DNA from: Lingula anatina
Taxonomy: Eukaryota > Animalia > Brachiopoda
DNA length: 64,000 nucleotides
Assembly: GCA_051362555.1 (NCBI GenBank)
Contig: CM120640.1
Coordinates: 27,676,503-27,740,502 of the forward strand
Reading direction: 5' to 3'
Position 1 is the stretch's first letter, and the number at the start of each line of letters is the position of its first letter. Made by a program: the position numbers and the translations under genes. Below, in pieces: positions 1-14,191 of the stretch. Below the pieces are notes generated by a model. That model worked only from the letters and a program-made list of their open reading frames with translations. It had not been told where the DNA came from and made no database searches.

Positions 1-3000
1 CAAGATGTGTGGAATGCGAGCCACTATACCATCATACTCCTGCAGCATTTCCTCCAAACTGAAAGAAAACAAGTCAATATCTTCTTAGGGAAAAATCACA
101 GAGCAATGAGGAAAGTCAAGTTCTGAATGAAGTAGATTGATGAAATTCTAAATCCAAACAATGACACTCATGTTAACAATAACAATTATATAAAACCAAA
201 TACTAAATCATGTAAAGCTTAAAGTTTTAAAAAATCAGAATGCTGTTAATCATAACTTACGCAATACGATTGGAGTTGATCCTGTCAATGTTCATACACA
301 GTCTGAGGGCAGACTCTGGTATCTCTAGGTTCAACCTCTGGAGGTACTTGGCTTCCTGAACCAGCTCACAGATCTGAGGGTCAAAGTTTACATACAGCTC
401 CTTGGTCTCTGGATGGCGGACCAGGAGGGAGGCGCCCAGGCCTGCCTTGGCTGCATCCACGGCACGATACCAGCTACGATGGTACAACATCTGAAGAATA
501 CAGGATAAGTTCTGAGTTTTAATCCACTAGATGAATTCTGTTTCACTTTAACTTTGAAAAGAAAGGTCTTACAATTTCACAGTCTCTAATTAATGAGTGC
601 TATTGTAATATATAGTTTTCCTAATTCTCTGTTGATATTATTTGCATACCTCAAACTCCATCAACACTGCAGCCATTTTGTTGTAGTTTCTGATGACTTT
701 CTTTGCTTCATTATTCTAAAAAGAAAAAAAATTAGTCACACACATAACAAAATATTCTGAATTAACAAAACTCTAAATCATTGTAAGTTTTGAAAGATGT
801 ACTAGTATAAATATCTTATGTCAAAAAAACTTCATTAAATTAAGTATACTAGCTGCCAACTTAAGAGAAAGAATAAGTGACAGTAACCATAACAGAATTT
901 GTATCCATACCCTCAAAATTTCTGGTCTTTTCTTGAAGACCTTCATGGGGTACTCTATCTTACGATACAGCTGTCTGGCCCATGCAATCTTCCCTGATAC
1001 TGGTGGCAAGTTGCGCGGCACTGGGGGCTCGTTCTTGAACTTCTGGTAGGTCTTGCGCACATTCTCCAAGTCACGGCCATAGTTCATCAGCACTTTCATG
1101 TACTTCTCATTCATGTCAAGATTGGCACCCTTTATCCTCTCAAATTTACCCAGCAGGACAAGAGCTTTATCAGTCTGAAAAAGACGAGCATGATTCAATA
1201 ATCAAGACCTCTTCACAGCTAAAATGTGTAGCCAGTCTAAAATCAGATATCACCAGTTTATCACATTCCAAACTGAATGTAAGTAATGAACAGCTTTAAT
1301 GTCTCCACTATATGAGGGTACTTACAGTCAAGTTTCTTTCAAACCAGGAATCCATGAAGTTTTGCAGCTGATTCTGAAGACCATCTATCTGGTTTTTGAA
1401 TTCCAAGTAGTCTGCATCGAACTGAAGAAGAAAGTTAATGATGTACTTTTTTTTCTAGTAATTCAACATAAAGTCAATTAAATAATGCAAAATTTCTGTA
1501 AATTAAGCCCTGTTCATTATGTCAAAAAAATGTTTGATATGAAATATAATGGTGCAAATATGTTTAATATACAAAAATTTTATGTCATGTTTTTTCTAGT
1601 TGTTAAATGCTTCATTCTGTTTCTAAAATATAACAGAAACTCACGTCTCCCTTCCTGTGGTCAAGAATATCATAACTCTTTTTCTTGGCGGAGTCTACAA
1701 TGGTCTTGTAACGCACTGCCAGGGTCTCGATGCCTTCAATCCTGATGTCTCCAAGGCCAGCAAAGTTCTCCATAGTGTTGACCATGTCACCAATCTTCTC
1801 CAGACGCTTGCAAAAAGTGTCAAACTTGCCAAAGATGTAGTTCTCACTGTAATTAAACATTTGTAATGATCAATCTTTACAAAGGGATATATTTGACTGA
1901 ATGAAAGACATGGAAAAAAGAAAGTGCATAAGGCACTGTCAAACTTATATGAAGTTTTCAAAATAATTAATACAAACTGCATAAATTCAGATTTCTGCTA
2001 TAAATTACATACTGTATTAAAAAGGCCATAAATACCTGAACTCAAACTGCCTTTCATGAGGGTTTTCTCTCAGCTTCTCCTTGGTCTTCTGGAAGTGTCT
2101 CTGGTAGGCTTCATTCAGATGGATACATTCCTGGAGGTACTGAAGTAACTCAGGCCTACAAAAAAACAACCAAATATTAGACATTTTTCATATATATCAA
2201 AATCTGGACATAATGTAGAAACACTAAAAACACTTAAATTATTAATCTTTCTTCCTTTAATATCATTCAGCTTTATACAATATATGTGCTTGTCTACTGA
2301 TGTCAAAATCAAACCCAGGAACCCAGGTTACTACTTCAAAAAAAGAAAGAAAAACACTGGTCTTCATATATGAGTATAATTTATACTTATTATCAAAGTT
2401 TACTATGCAAGTTCCCACACTATAATGGACTTGCCAATCATTCAGACAGACAATCAATCAGTTCCAAGTAAACAGCTGCCAGTCTGAACTTTAAAACTGG
2501 ACTGACTTGACCTTGATTATATTCCATCTGCGACCAACAAATCAATTGTTTTCCCATGTCTGTATCCCACATTTCTATTTACCTGGGGATGTCCCAGACT
2601 TTGGAGCTTCCCCTCATGATGTATCCCTTGCAGGTGGTGATCATCTGATTGGTGACCTTCACAAACAGCGAGGTCATCCTCTCAGAGCTGTTATAGTAGC
2701 CAGAGATGCTGTAGATCATCCTGATAGCATTCATCAGACTGGGCACCAGCTCACACATTGCAGACTAGAAAAAAAACAAGAGAATAAGAAAGAGGTAATT
2801 CTTTATTGTTTTCGTTGTTAAATGTGGTGTTCTTTGCTAAAATTAGGGCAAGTATTTCAATGTAAGAAATACAAACATGTCCTACTCGACAATTTGTTTT
2901 TGACAGTAGCTACCAGATAAATGACAATGCCACTATCAAACAAATGTTACCTAGCGTAAGTACCTAGCAATGGGCTAACTCCATAAAAGAACGTACTCAA

Positions 3001-6000
3001 GTCTTTCAAGACAACACTTCAAATATTTATTCTTAGAAAACAGTGAGTGGGCATTATTGATTTTCTCTTTGAGAAACTCCACATCTAGAGCAAACTTCAA
3101 TGAATGAAAAGGTTTAAAATGTCATTACCATGACTCGAGGTTCTACACTTTCAAAGCATTGTTTCGGGCCTCAAGCAATATTAACCTGGTTTCTGTAGAA
3201 TGAAAGCACTTCTTACCGGACTGCATTTTATAAGTGGTCCAAAGAACTTGTCCAGTGTGTACAGGTACTTGACATTGTCCTTCGCTTCATTGGCAGCATC
3301 TGTGATGCGAGAGTCAAGTTCACGCCAGTGCTTCAAAGCCTTGGACTTGGCACAGTTAAGGACTCCAACCACTGCTTTACACTTGGGGCTCTTGATTTCT
3401 TCAAGTAGGCTGAAAAATAAAGGAAAATTGTACAATATTAACAGAAATGCAAAATAATCTTTCAAAAACTTCCAATGATTCCTTGGCCAATAAAATAATA
3501 GCAAACAAAGAAAATTAAACATAATCTATAAGACAAAATTATCACAAAACTCTTTCAAGCATTTTGATCCGACATCAAAAAAATTTTCAGACGTACTTGT
3601 TAAACTTGGCTGTCCTACTTTTCCAGTAAGCCAACTCAGCAGTAGGACCAATGTCGTCTGCCTCACGTCTCATCTGCTCACTCTCTGTGAGAACTTGGTC
3701 AATCTGCTTCGCCCAGTTCATCAACAGCTCCTCCAGCTTCTCAACAGCATCAGCATTGTTAGCTTGAAAAAAAGAAAACAGAAAACATTTCAGCCTTATT
3801 CTTAATAAAATATCAGAGGTACACATACCTAATTATCATGATACTTTCTAGATTCTTATTCTTGTTATGAAATACTCATATCTGAGGAAAATTAAATTTC
3901 ACTAATTATCATACATGTTCAAATATTAATCTATGCCTGCTGATCTTTTACAGTGTCAAACTTGGCTATTCACACACCAATTCCTAAAACACTGTTAACC
4001 TACAAATTAACCTTACATTACAAAACAACACTGATACTGCCATTTACTTCTATACTATTTTAATAATAATCATGTATCTTGACTACAAGGCAAAAACTTA
4101 AAGCTTCAAGTATAGTTACCTGCAGCTTGGAAGTCTGCTGGTGTCTTCATCTCATCTAGTTGATATCCAACTCCCTCCTCTGAGAGATGAACCTGGCCAT
4201 CCATACTTTCCCGGGCACCAGACAGGCTGTTGACAAACTTTTCCAGGAGTTCCAGGAATTCTGCCACCTGAGCATTGCTGCTGTCATTCAAGGAACCCCA
4301 GCTCTGCAAGACAAAATATTTTTCTAACAATGCAAGCCTCAAATATAATACATTTCAAGATAGGGCTTTAAAACAAACATCACAGTCATCACACAATAAC
4401 ATACAGATTTTCAAAATTTTACAAACAATGGTATAGTGTGATAAATATATGCCCTTGCAGTGCAAGCCAATCCTTTTACTTATACTCAGTGTAAAAAAAT
4501 AAAAACTGGTGAACTTACATCCAATGATTTTATAGCTGGGACCAACACTTTGGCCATAATTCCTTCAAAGCCACTGAGGACTCCCTTAGAACCATCCATG
4601 AATCCAAAGAACACCTCGGAGGCCACATTCTGTACAGTGATCCCTTTGCCTCCCACTGTCAACTTTAGGAAGAAGTAGCAAGTGCCTTGAAGACTCTGAA
4701 AATACACAAAATACAATTCCTTGTTATCTTTATAGGACAAGGGATCCAGTGAAAAATAATTCAATTACAAAAGCAATTTCTGTGGAAAATAAAGTATTGT
4801 CCAGTTATATAAAAAAGATTTCTTGTGCTATCAGAGGTTAAAATTTTTTCCTTGGTCATCAAAGACAGAAATTTCACAAAAACTTACCTCTGTCTCTCCA
4901 GTTGTGATAAATAGTTTTTTTACAGGGTTAGGGTTATGTACACTGGAAGCATCAGTTCTGGAGTAGACATTATCACGGACCTGTAATAGAAATACATGTT
5001 AGGTACAGAACATAAAATTTTGCACACATTTAACAATATTTTCTGAAATGTTAAATGTCTGAACCCTTTGTCACAATACAATCCACCACTTCTGTTTAAA
5101 ATCAATAACTGATGTTATTCTAAATAATAAAGAAATTTGAGGGAAGTGAAACTGATGCAGTAATATCAAATGAGATTATACAGCATACTTAGAGACATAT
5201 ATGTACTCACCGCTTCTTGATGGAAGAACATCAGCTTTCTTGGGCCATTGGGATCAAAGAAATTTTCTATCATTCCAAACTGCAAAATAATGTATGCACC
5301 TATAGTAACTGGCAGTGGGACAAAAATGATGAAAATGCTGTTAAACATGTCAGTACTTTGAAAAGTTACATTTACACTTAAATTCAAGATGGTTTAACAA
5401 AAAGCAATTCAATTTTTTTAAAAGTCACTTTACCTTGTCATCACTTAAAATAAAGTCTTCCACTTCTGTTACAGAAGCCCCCATTGCATCTGACAGCTAC
5501 AAGAAAAAGAAAAATTTGGTTACAAGATGCATAAAGGCTTAAAATACTTTGCAAAGACAGCTTACACTATAATTTAGAACATTACAAGCTCTCATTTTTA
5601 TCAAATTGATAAACATTTGACAAAATTTTCAACATCAGGTTAACTAGACTTAAATTGAATGGCAAAGTACTGTTGACTTATGAAATAGGATTTCATAGAA
5701 AAGTTTTATACCCTCTGGATCAGGTACTGATATCTTGCATCCATCTGGAAATAAAAAAAATAAATATATAAATATTGATGCCTTTAGTCCATAGCAACTC
5801 GTAATGACATCTCCCTCAGATTAATACCATAATAACCCCCAGTCAATAGTTCTGTTACTGAGAAACCTTTGTATTCTCTAATGAGAAAATCAATAATCTA
5901 GGGAATTACTATGTTCCATCAAATGCCATCACACACTTGCAACTATGTACTGACAAATAGTTTAAAATAATTATTAAGAAGAACAATTTCAATATATATA

Positions 6001-9000
6001 CATTGCTTCAATCTATATACCCATACCCAAATATAACTGAAATGCACTGGAAAGTGTTTTTTTTTTTAAGAATAAACATTCTGCAACCAGGTACAAAACT
6101 TCTCCATGACGAATCTACTTTATTCTACTTTCAGCTCAATGTACATTCTGGATCAACATGTTGACACAGTCATAAATCTTCCAGCTCTTTTGACTAGTAC
6201 TTATTTATTGGGACATAGTTTATCTTTATAATGCTTCTGTACAAAAGATTAAGGAGAAATGTAAACAGCTGGGTGGGACATCGAGAAACTTATTGCATTT
6301 ATAAAAGCTCTCTCAGTCCAAGAAGTTATCTCATTATAACTTCTTGCTCAGTCTTAATGGAGTAGAGTTGAAAGCACCTATGGGGAAATAAGTGTGTGTG
6401 CACAGGAAACCTTTACTGCGCTTTGAAGTTGATACCAATTAACCCTCATTTTCCCTCAGGTAGAAACAGCTACTGTTCCATTTTTATTAGCTCTGTGTTA
6501 AAGGAAAAAGTTCTAACATTCTGTCTAAAAAGCAAGGTTTAAAGAACACATGGTCTAATACATTTTGGTGAAAAAATCCTTTAAATCATTGTTTAAATAC
6601 AAGTGTTTAGAAATATTGACAAGCTACGTTCATAACAATATGCTTGTATGGTTTGTCAACAGAGCATAAAAAGCTTTTCATGTTCCTTTTATTGTCGACT
6701 TTGCTGCAGGATCTATGGGGCACACAATACTGGTATACATTAAACAGGTAGTGTTCTGTGCATGCGGTAATGGTTTTGTAAGAACACATTGTTTACCGTG
6801 TTTTATGTTAAAGTTACAGGTGTGTGTTTTGACTGGAATTTTAATCTGCCTCACAAACACTTTTCATGTTATTCACCTTCTCTATATGTAAATGAAACTT
6901 AGATATCATAAAATATGCAAGCGATCCTTTTTTTTAGATTACATATTGATTGATCCTTTTCTTATCAGATTTACATTTAAAGTATATCTAACCATTCACA
7001 GCTATATTTCTGTTCTTAAATGACTTGAAAATATGGGTACTCTAAAGTTTTTTTGTTTTTTTTTGCCACTGCATTTACAATGTCATGGCCCTACAAGCAA
7101 GCTTCACTGGAAGTTTACACAAGACTTACCTGCAGTCTTCTTTCATCCTTATTGATTTTTGCCTTTTTCTGCATTTCTTTGAGTGCTTCACTGGACATGA
7201 CAACACTCTTTTTGGTCCCAGTAACCTAAAGCATAGATGAAAAGAGTGTACTTTCACAAACCAAACATTTTCCATAGAATTCGCAAAAGTTAAAGAAAAT
7301 CCATGTATTTTCACTGAATAGCAGCCAATGAAGGTCTTAGAGAAGATTAAACCATACAGTTCATTAGTGCACAGCCATTTGGACATAGTCCGATTGATTT
7401 CTTGGAACTTAAAAGCCTTGGAATGGTTTTCTGATTGGCTTACAGATGGGCTCTGTACACAGCAACTTAATAATTATTAATATGATTTTAATGACTTAGA
7501 ATCAACATCTTAACGCCAAACACAACTTCAGTTTGCTCTGTTGATATATTTGAACTGTTTGCCAACATTTATATATCTTCCCATTTAGTATTGTTTACAC
7601 AAAAAACTGTGAAAACACCTCCTGACTTTTTAAAATGATACATTTTTTAACCAAACAAGGGACAATTATGATATTTTTACTGATAATAATATTAACCAAA
7701 AGATACATCAATACTTTTAAAAAATCAGATATTGTTGTATACATGTTACAACTGTCATTTGCTTAATTTTTACGTACCGCCTTTGCTGGCTGTGCCTTTG
7801 TTGCACCCTTCTTAGGTGCCTTGCTTGATTCTTCATCTTCTGCAATAAGTACAAATAGTATTATAAAGTAATTGTCACAAGCAAAAATTGGTTCAGTCTG
7901 TGACAGAAACCCATTAAAACTTTTTATTTGTCTTTTTCCTAAAAAGCACTCAAAGATTTCATGAAAACATAATGACATTATTTTAACGCAATCAACTGCA
8001 CTTCCTTACATAATTATATATTGTGACACAAAAAGAATACCAACATGTCCATTTCAGCATCTGAAGGAATATGGGAATGCCCCCCCCCACCCCCTACAAA
8101 GTATTGTCCCACCTACTGAAGTAAGCACAGATTCACACTAATTCCTTCACGCCTAGAACCAATATCATCTTTTGATAAATTGCATTAATAAGAAATGAAC
8201 TGATTCAATCTAAATGAGAAAATACTTAAGTAAAATTTTGAAACTAGGCTTTGTAAGATTATCAATACATCAAAGTTTATAAATTAGATGTGTACTGCCT
8301 TAGGGCGTAATCCCAGACCTTTTAGATCCATCTATCCCCGCAGGGAGTCTCACTAGATTACTGTCAGATAATCCGGCTTAAATATCCGTCCTGCCTACTA
8401 CAAGCTGTAAGGGGGTAATTAACTTTCGTGCCCGCTTGGACAGCTATTTAGCGTGAACCCCCCCCCCCCCAGAGTTAGGTCGATCTAAAGTAGATCAATC
8501 TAATCTCTGGGAATGGGGTCTTATTGTCATGAAGCGTTGAGATACATGACATACTGTACATCAGATCTATGTACTGGTTTCTAACCATGTGCATCATCTG
8601 AGATATCCTAAAATAGGCTGATGGCACTTGCATGATATCATAAAAGACTTACTTATGATGGCAGATCTTGATAAAAAACAACTATAAAAATATATGTGGT
8701 TAAATTAGCTCAACTATAATTCTTTGCAGCACTGCACGCGTTAATCTGGCCACTTTCCCACCAATGTGGACATCACTTTTTAATTCTATACTATATAGTT
8801 ACTGGTATATTTCACATGTTCAGAATTTTCTAAAACTTCTCAGTCTATACAAAATTAACCTATTAGCATATTTAAATATTTCAAACATTTTTCACCTGTT
8901 GGGATTATAATACAACAGGTAAATTATACTTTTTTCTTGGGGAAAATATTTCATACTTTCAGAGAGGCCAGGAATCCTATTCTGTACTGAAGGGTAAGCT

Positions 9001-9585
9001 TACATGACTATACTGTCTTGTATAAAATCCTAAAATGCCACTGTATAATTGTGGGTTAATTTGCTGGCACACTCTACATGATCTGAAGTTCAGACACACT
9101 GAAGGAGATTAGTAAACAAGTCCCAGAGAGGACAGAACTAATGTAAACACCAGCTCATCAAAAGTTGTTGAAATAGGAGCCCTAAGCTGGGATCACCTAC
9201 CTCACAATATAACATCACTGTAACAATATTTCAGCATTTAAGGACAGTGAATGTCACAAGAGACAGGTATAATATATGATGGATAATAACGCAAACGAAA
9301 TGTCTCAAATGTGGGAACTGCATGTAACGTTATATAATGTGACGGGCACCTGCTACTGACTTTACGCCAGATAAGCACCGATCGACGAATCAAAAGTAGG
9401 GAGTTTATTATTACGCAGACAAATCCCTGATTAAGATACACACCCTTTAAAAAGAAATAAACTGTTTACTTACTTTTCACGGAGATAAGCGGCGGGGCGA
9501 CTTCTGTATCAGGCTTGGGACTGTCTGGCTTGTTCGCCTCTTTCTCACCCGGGGTATCGTCAGTTGCGTTCTCAACGTCAGCCAT
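1..9585 (-). CDS. DNAH5: Axonemal outer-arm dynein heavy chain (DNAH5/DNAH8-like), N-terminal tail exons; gene continues past the left edge
   Basis: GT-AG exons join in frame from ATG 9585 ([10 protein letters not shown]...): 9474-9585, 7778-7839, 7130-7225, 5712-5744, 5434-5496, ~5211-5279, ~4889-4980, ~4519-4695, ~4120-4303, ~3597-3762, ~3217-3409, ~2583-2764, 2036-2155, 1645-1846, ~1326-1421, ~911-1174, ~650-715, ~261-490, 1-~58. Motifs [59 protein letters not shown] match the DHC_N1 region of DNAH5/8. Exact paralog is uncertain. Confidence 0.9.
8303..8520. mobile_element. PIF/Harbinger-like MITE in dynein intron 1
   Basis: Imperfect TIRs gggcgtaatcccaga...tctgggaatggggtc flanked by TTA (8300-8302 and 8521-8523); same family occurs in reverse orientation at 53735-53960. 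Confidence 0.75.
9250..9469. repeat. Left arm of ~210-bp inverted repeat bracketing dynein exon 1
   Basis: Reverse complement of ~10538-10758, e.g. gcagacaaatccctgattaagatacacaccctttaaaaaga vs tctttttaaagggtgtgtatcttaatcagggatttgtctgc. Confidence 0.9.
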
Positions 9586-9970
9586 CTTTACTGCATAAAG
9601 ATTTCAAAATTCTAGTAAACTTCGAAGCTCCTGGCTTCGACTTTTTCCGCTAATAATTCACCTATGCAACAGTGTATTGTTCTGAATTCGATCAATTTCT
9701 GTTCACTCAACGCGAACTTCTATTAGTTCGCCATCTTCTAGGAAAGTAGTTCTTGAGCGGGCGCGTGAATACAAGTAGTTTTAATAAAACAGTGCATTTG
9801 AGTTCTTTGACCCAAAACTAGTCAAAATACTTAATTGAAAATATACTTTTTCATATCCTGCAGCTCCTGCAATGTTAAAATACTTGGATAACATCCTACA
9901 GACCAATATCAATCTTCACAAATTGCATTTTGTATTGCGGCAGGCTTTCCTGATAGGTAAGTAAGTCGGA

Positions 9971-9984
9971 GTTGCCATGACGCC
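9971..9984. promoter_or_regulatory. Candidate RFX X-box upstream of the dynein gene
   Basis: GTTGCCATGACGCC matches 9 bases of GTTGCCATGGCAAC, ~390 bp upstream of the ATG of a motile-cilia gene; a second partial X-box (TTCACCTATGCAAC) lies at ~9657-9670 and a YY1-type CGCCATCTT at 9729-9737. Confidence 0.35.
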
Positions 9985-10537
9985 GTATACACATTTAGGC
10001 CCCCAGTGGTTTTCACCTGAATGCCATTTCTTTAGACTTTGTTGTTCGAAGTAAATGTATCGCGAACAGGTCAGTTAGTATAGCACTGGCGTATTTACCA
10101 ACATGGATCTTTGAACTACCGTAGATAAGCTCGCTGAACATGCTATTTGGGCCTATCTCACTTGCAGCGTTATTAAATTAACAGTGGGGCTTCCACAATC
10201 GAAGTAAAATTTTCCGTTTGAGAAACTTTGTACGATATTTTTCAACACCGATAACAAACTGCATTCGTTTTATTTCAACATTTTAAAGGTTTTAATATGT
10301 GTTCTTTTTTTTTTATTTTTGTTATAATCTAAAAAAATATTTTGGGAAATCGTCTTGTCAAAATAATATAAAATGACTCGGTCATCGCTACCATAATATT
10401 GACGCGGCCATAACATTGGATGAATTGAGCTCTTAAATGAAAAAAAAAAGAAAAGTAATATAGAATAAATATTAAGAAAAAGGGGGAGAAAAAAACACAC
10501 AGAGTCATAAAATAGCGGCACACGGAATTGATTTATC

Positions 10538-10758
10538 GTAAACATAATTTAATCTCTTTTTAAAGGGTGTGTATCTTAATCAGGGATTTGTCTGCGTAAT
10601 AATAAACTCCCTACTTTTGGTTCGTCGGTGCTTGCCTGGCGTAAGGTCAGTAGCAGGTGCCCGTCACAACATATATCGTTACAGAACCCACATTTGGAGA
10701 CATTTCGCTTGCGTTGTTATCCATCATATGTTATAGCCTACCTGACTTTTGTGACATT
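10538..10758. repeat. Right arm of the inverted repeat around dynein exon 1/promoter
   Basis: Reverse complement of ~9250-9469 with scattered substitutions and indels in the outer half. Confidence 0.9.
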
Positions 10759-13700
10759 GTTTTGTACTAATGGAAAAGAGAGCAGGCCTGTGCCCCAAAA
10801 TGCGTTTTCTGTCCAAAATTCTGTCCAAATTATCAAATATTAGGCCTAAAGAAAAATTAATGTGCTAGAAGGAAATATTACAAAAAGAATACGTCCACTT
10901 CACCTGTAGATAGAAAAAGCAGACAAGTGAACAAGTTTATTATGTAGGCCCTATCTTTTCTACCCGAAACGAGGAGATTTCTGTGATTTATTAAGGCGAA
11001 CAATGATAGTCGTAAATCTTAATTAATAAACAGAAATACGTTTTTATTCTGACCAGTTTATAATAAAAAAAGGCTCGACTGTCTACTTGATACAATGTGG
11101 CCTAAATGTAAGTAGGCCTATAGGCCGTTATAAAGTCATTACATTGACCGAGGCCTATTTATTGCGATTTTTAAAAAATCGTTGAAAACACCATATCGAT
11201 TTTGATCGTTTTCTGGCTTATGGCAGATTAGTGAGATGTGTTGTAAAGTCTTTTTATGTGGTTTTTAGTTATCGACTACAAAATTATGCTTGCATGCAAC
11301 TATCAAATGAAAATGTGGGAAGATGTGCTGTCCAGATGTATAAGGCTTAACTTTGGAAATGAATGGACTTAAGAAAATGTGTAATATGAGTCAGTGCCGT
11401 GCACTTTGTGAAATGTAACAAAAAATCGCCTCAGAAATATAATGTTGATTGTATTAGTTAAAATAGCACACTCTTGCCTGAATTTAAATCACCAACTGGA
11501 AGTGGTGTGTTAGATGCGAAACCTGCCACACTTACCGCAATCTCTCTATGTTTGATTCCGTTCGGTCATTAATCTGTGGTAAGCTTTTAAAGTATATGCA
11601 CCCATTATACAAATCTCCATATAAGTTTGACAACTTCCAAAAAAAAAAAAACAGCTAAAAAGGACAATTATGTTGCAGCCAAGCAGTTTTTCTCACGTTC
11701 TCAATTCACGCCTATTCTAATGTTCTGAAACACGATATTCTTCGCCGATTCTTAGCATGACAACCATATCTATAGACTTCAAAGAGAAATAAAAAACAAC
11801 CCATGGCTTTATGAAGCAGTCCCTGAGTTAGAAAATTTAGGTAGATCTATACTTATCTTAATGGACCCAATACCTTTTAGCAAGGTATTAAAAAGATGAT
11901 ACATATGTAGAAATGTATATATAAAAGATGTTGCAATGCATCATTATGTCTGTCATTTCAGATCTTTTTGATCGAGTTGGTTACATAATTCACTATCTAT
12001 GAATAAGACTGTGAATCTTTAGTTTAATACTTTTTAGCATCTTTCTTTCTTATAAAATTGTCTCAATTCAAAGATTCTTGTGGGTTATTTTTTTGGTTGT
12101 GCACTATTCTACGTGATTTTACTGCAGATGGACAGCATAATTACGTCTTGCTGAAATGGTCATTTCAGACACAGGCAATGGGTATGATATGAGGTAACTT
12201 CTTCTTCCTCCTGGCTAACGTGTGCACAAAATATGTAGGTGATATGCAAACGATTTACCCAAAAGATCCCATTGATGTTTTACTTCAAGCTTTTCCTAGA
12301 TTTTAATTACTGAATATGATTAAGATTTACTGCAAGCATTTAATCATTTATGTATATTTATCTTTTGCATGCTCCTATATAATTCAGAAAATAATTTATA
12401 AATTTGCTGTATAATTTTGAAATTCGCATGGTGTGGTGAAATATTGTCTTTTCTGAAGGCCATTCTCACTGACACTGAGATATAAAAGAGCGCTCCTCTC
12501 GGGGTATCCGCCTCAATCGTGGGATTTTAGGAGTGGGTATATTATGTTTATGCAAATGTCATTTTAGAAGATGAAACAGCCCAGCCTAGGGCAAGGAAAC
12601 ATTAAATTCGTATAGGTGTTAATGGATGTCCTGTATCTATTTTAAACGTAAATTTTGACTAAGGTGGCGCTCAATGCTTTAAGGTGTAACGGATTTACTC
12701 TGTATTTTACACCACACTCTTTTTATTTGCACGAAATGGCATGTGTCTCTATTTGTACCTAAAGTCACCTTTGATCGGCTTTACATCTTGTTTATTGGAG
12801 CCTATATTCAGCAGACAATGCTCTAGAAATAGGCCTCCATGTCGGCTTTCACGATAATCTATTAACTTTGCACAGTAAATCTCTTGCCGGCGCTTGAATT
12901 TCTTATCTGTTATCTGTCTCCCTGTAGACAACATGTCAGGTCTTAAGTACCCATCACTAAAATTGAATTTTTGTTTTACTTCGTTTGTAAGCAGATAGCA
13001 TGGCGGGGTGAATGAGACGCAATGCAAGGCCAATCCCTTTAGGTGTAAACTTTACGCTAAAACCGGTTTCAACAACCCTTAGAAATATCACTTTGCTCTC
13101 AAGTGGTAAACCTAGCGCCTCGAGACAAGTCTAGCTTTTTCAAACCTCTAATTCCATTATGTCAGTTCGGATGAGTAACCGATGGCAAATATAAAAAGAT
13201 TGAAACGCTTTAGTCAGAGTAACAATAGGAATAATTTTGAAGCCAAACAGAGCAAATTCTGTTCAATGAGTCTGTTGATATTGGACTTTTCTGGTTAGGT
13301 TAGCGTGCAAAACACTGACAACACGAGGACAAAAACCTCGGTCTACCCCAAATCTATACGAAGGACTAGAATGAAGATACATATCCTTTTCATTATCGCA
13401 GATATTAAATGAAAACAAAGTTCGGAATCGCTGCTGAGTGAGACAGAAAAAAAAACGCGACTTCAAATATTTTATAACATAGTCATTTCCACGTTCTTTC
13501 ATTGGAATAGCACAGATATATTTGTTACGTATTACTGCATTATTGCAGGCAGTGTTTGTTCCGGTAGTTTCCTATTCTCTCTCCCACAGGTCGGTGCACC
13601 CAGGAAACAGCGCAGGTATAGTGTCTAGGTATGAATCACAGTGCGGCTTGACCTAGTTATTGACTTAAAAAGTGTGACACAATAACATATAATGACAAAC

Positions 13701-14097
13701 TATAATCAACAATCCGACCGGAAAGCTTCCGGACTACATTAAGAAAAAAAACAACGCCAAGGCAAAACGAAAAGCATATCGAAAAGGTACGTTTATTGGC
13801 GACTATTCATGCATTGATAAAACACCAGGTGGTAGTTGGATACTGCAAGAAAACTGGAATGTAAATGTATTTAAAGCCTGTCTGTTAAGAAGCAACGCGT
13901 CTAAAAAGTTGCCGCCGTGACCTCACGTACAAGTCATGTTTTCCCCCACCTGCTGACGTATTGACTCATGTACTACACGCCTCACGCTGGCCCATTCCTA
14001 CATGTAAATTTCCTTTTCGGGATTCAGACCCATATCAAATTGATATAGTTGTCACATTTGTGGTTTAAACTTAAAGTGAGTAATTAACAGTGACAGC

Positions 14098-14104
14098 TAT
14101 AAAA
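14098..14104 (+). promoter_or_regulatory. TATA box of the VWA/TSP1 gene
   Basis: TATAAAA ~90 bp upstream of ATG 14192 that starts a signal peptide. Confidence 0.55.
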
Positions 14105-14191
14105 CAGGAGATGGCCCAAGGACTGCCCGCAGAAAAGAACATTTTGACAGCGATACCTCAGATACCTGCAGACCCTTCCATTTAATCTAAA

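Noticed and set aside
12749-13502. Two minus-strand ORFs in the dynein-VWA intergenic region
   Set aside because: Short, non-ATG or weak starts, no motifs.
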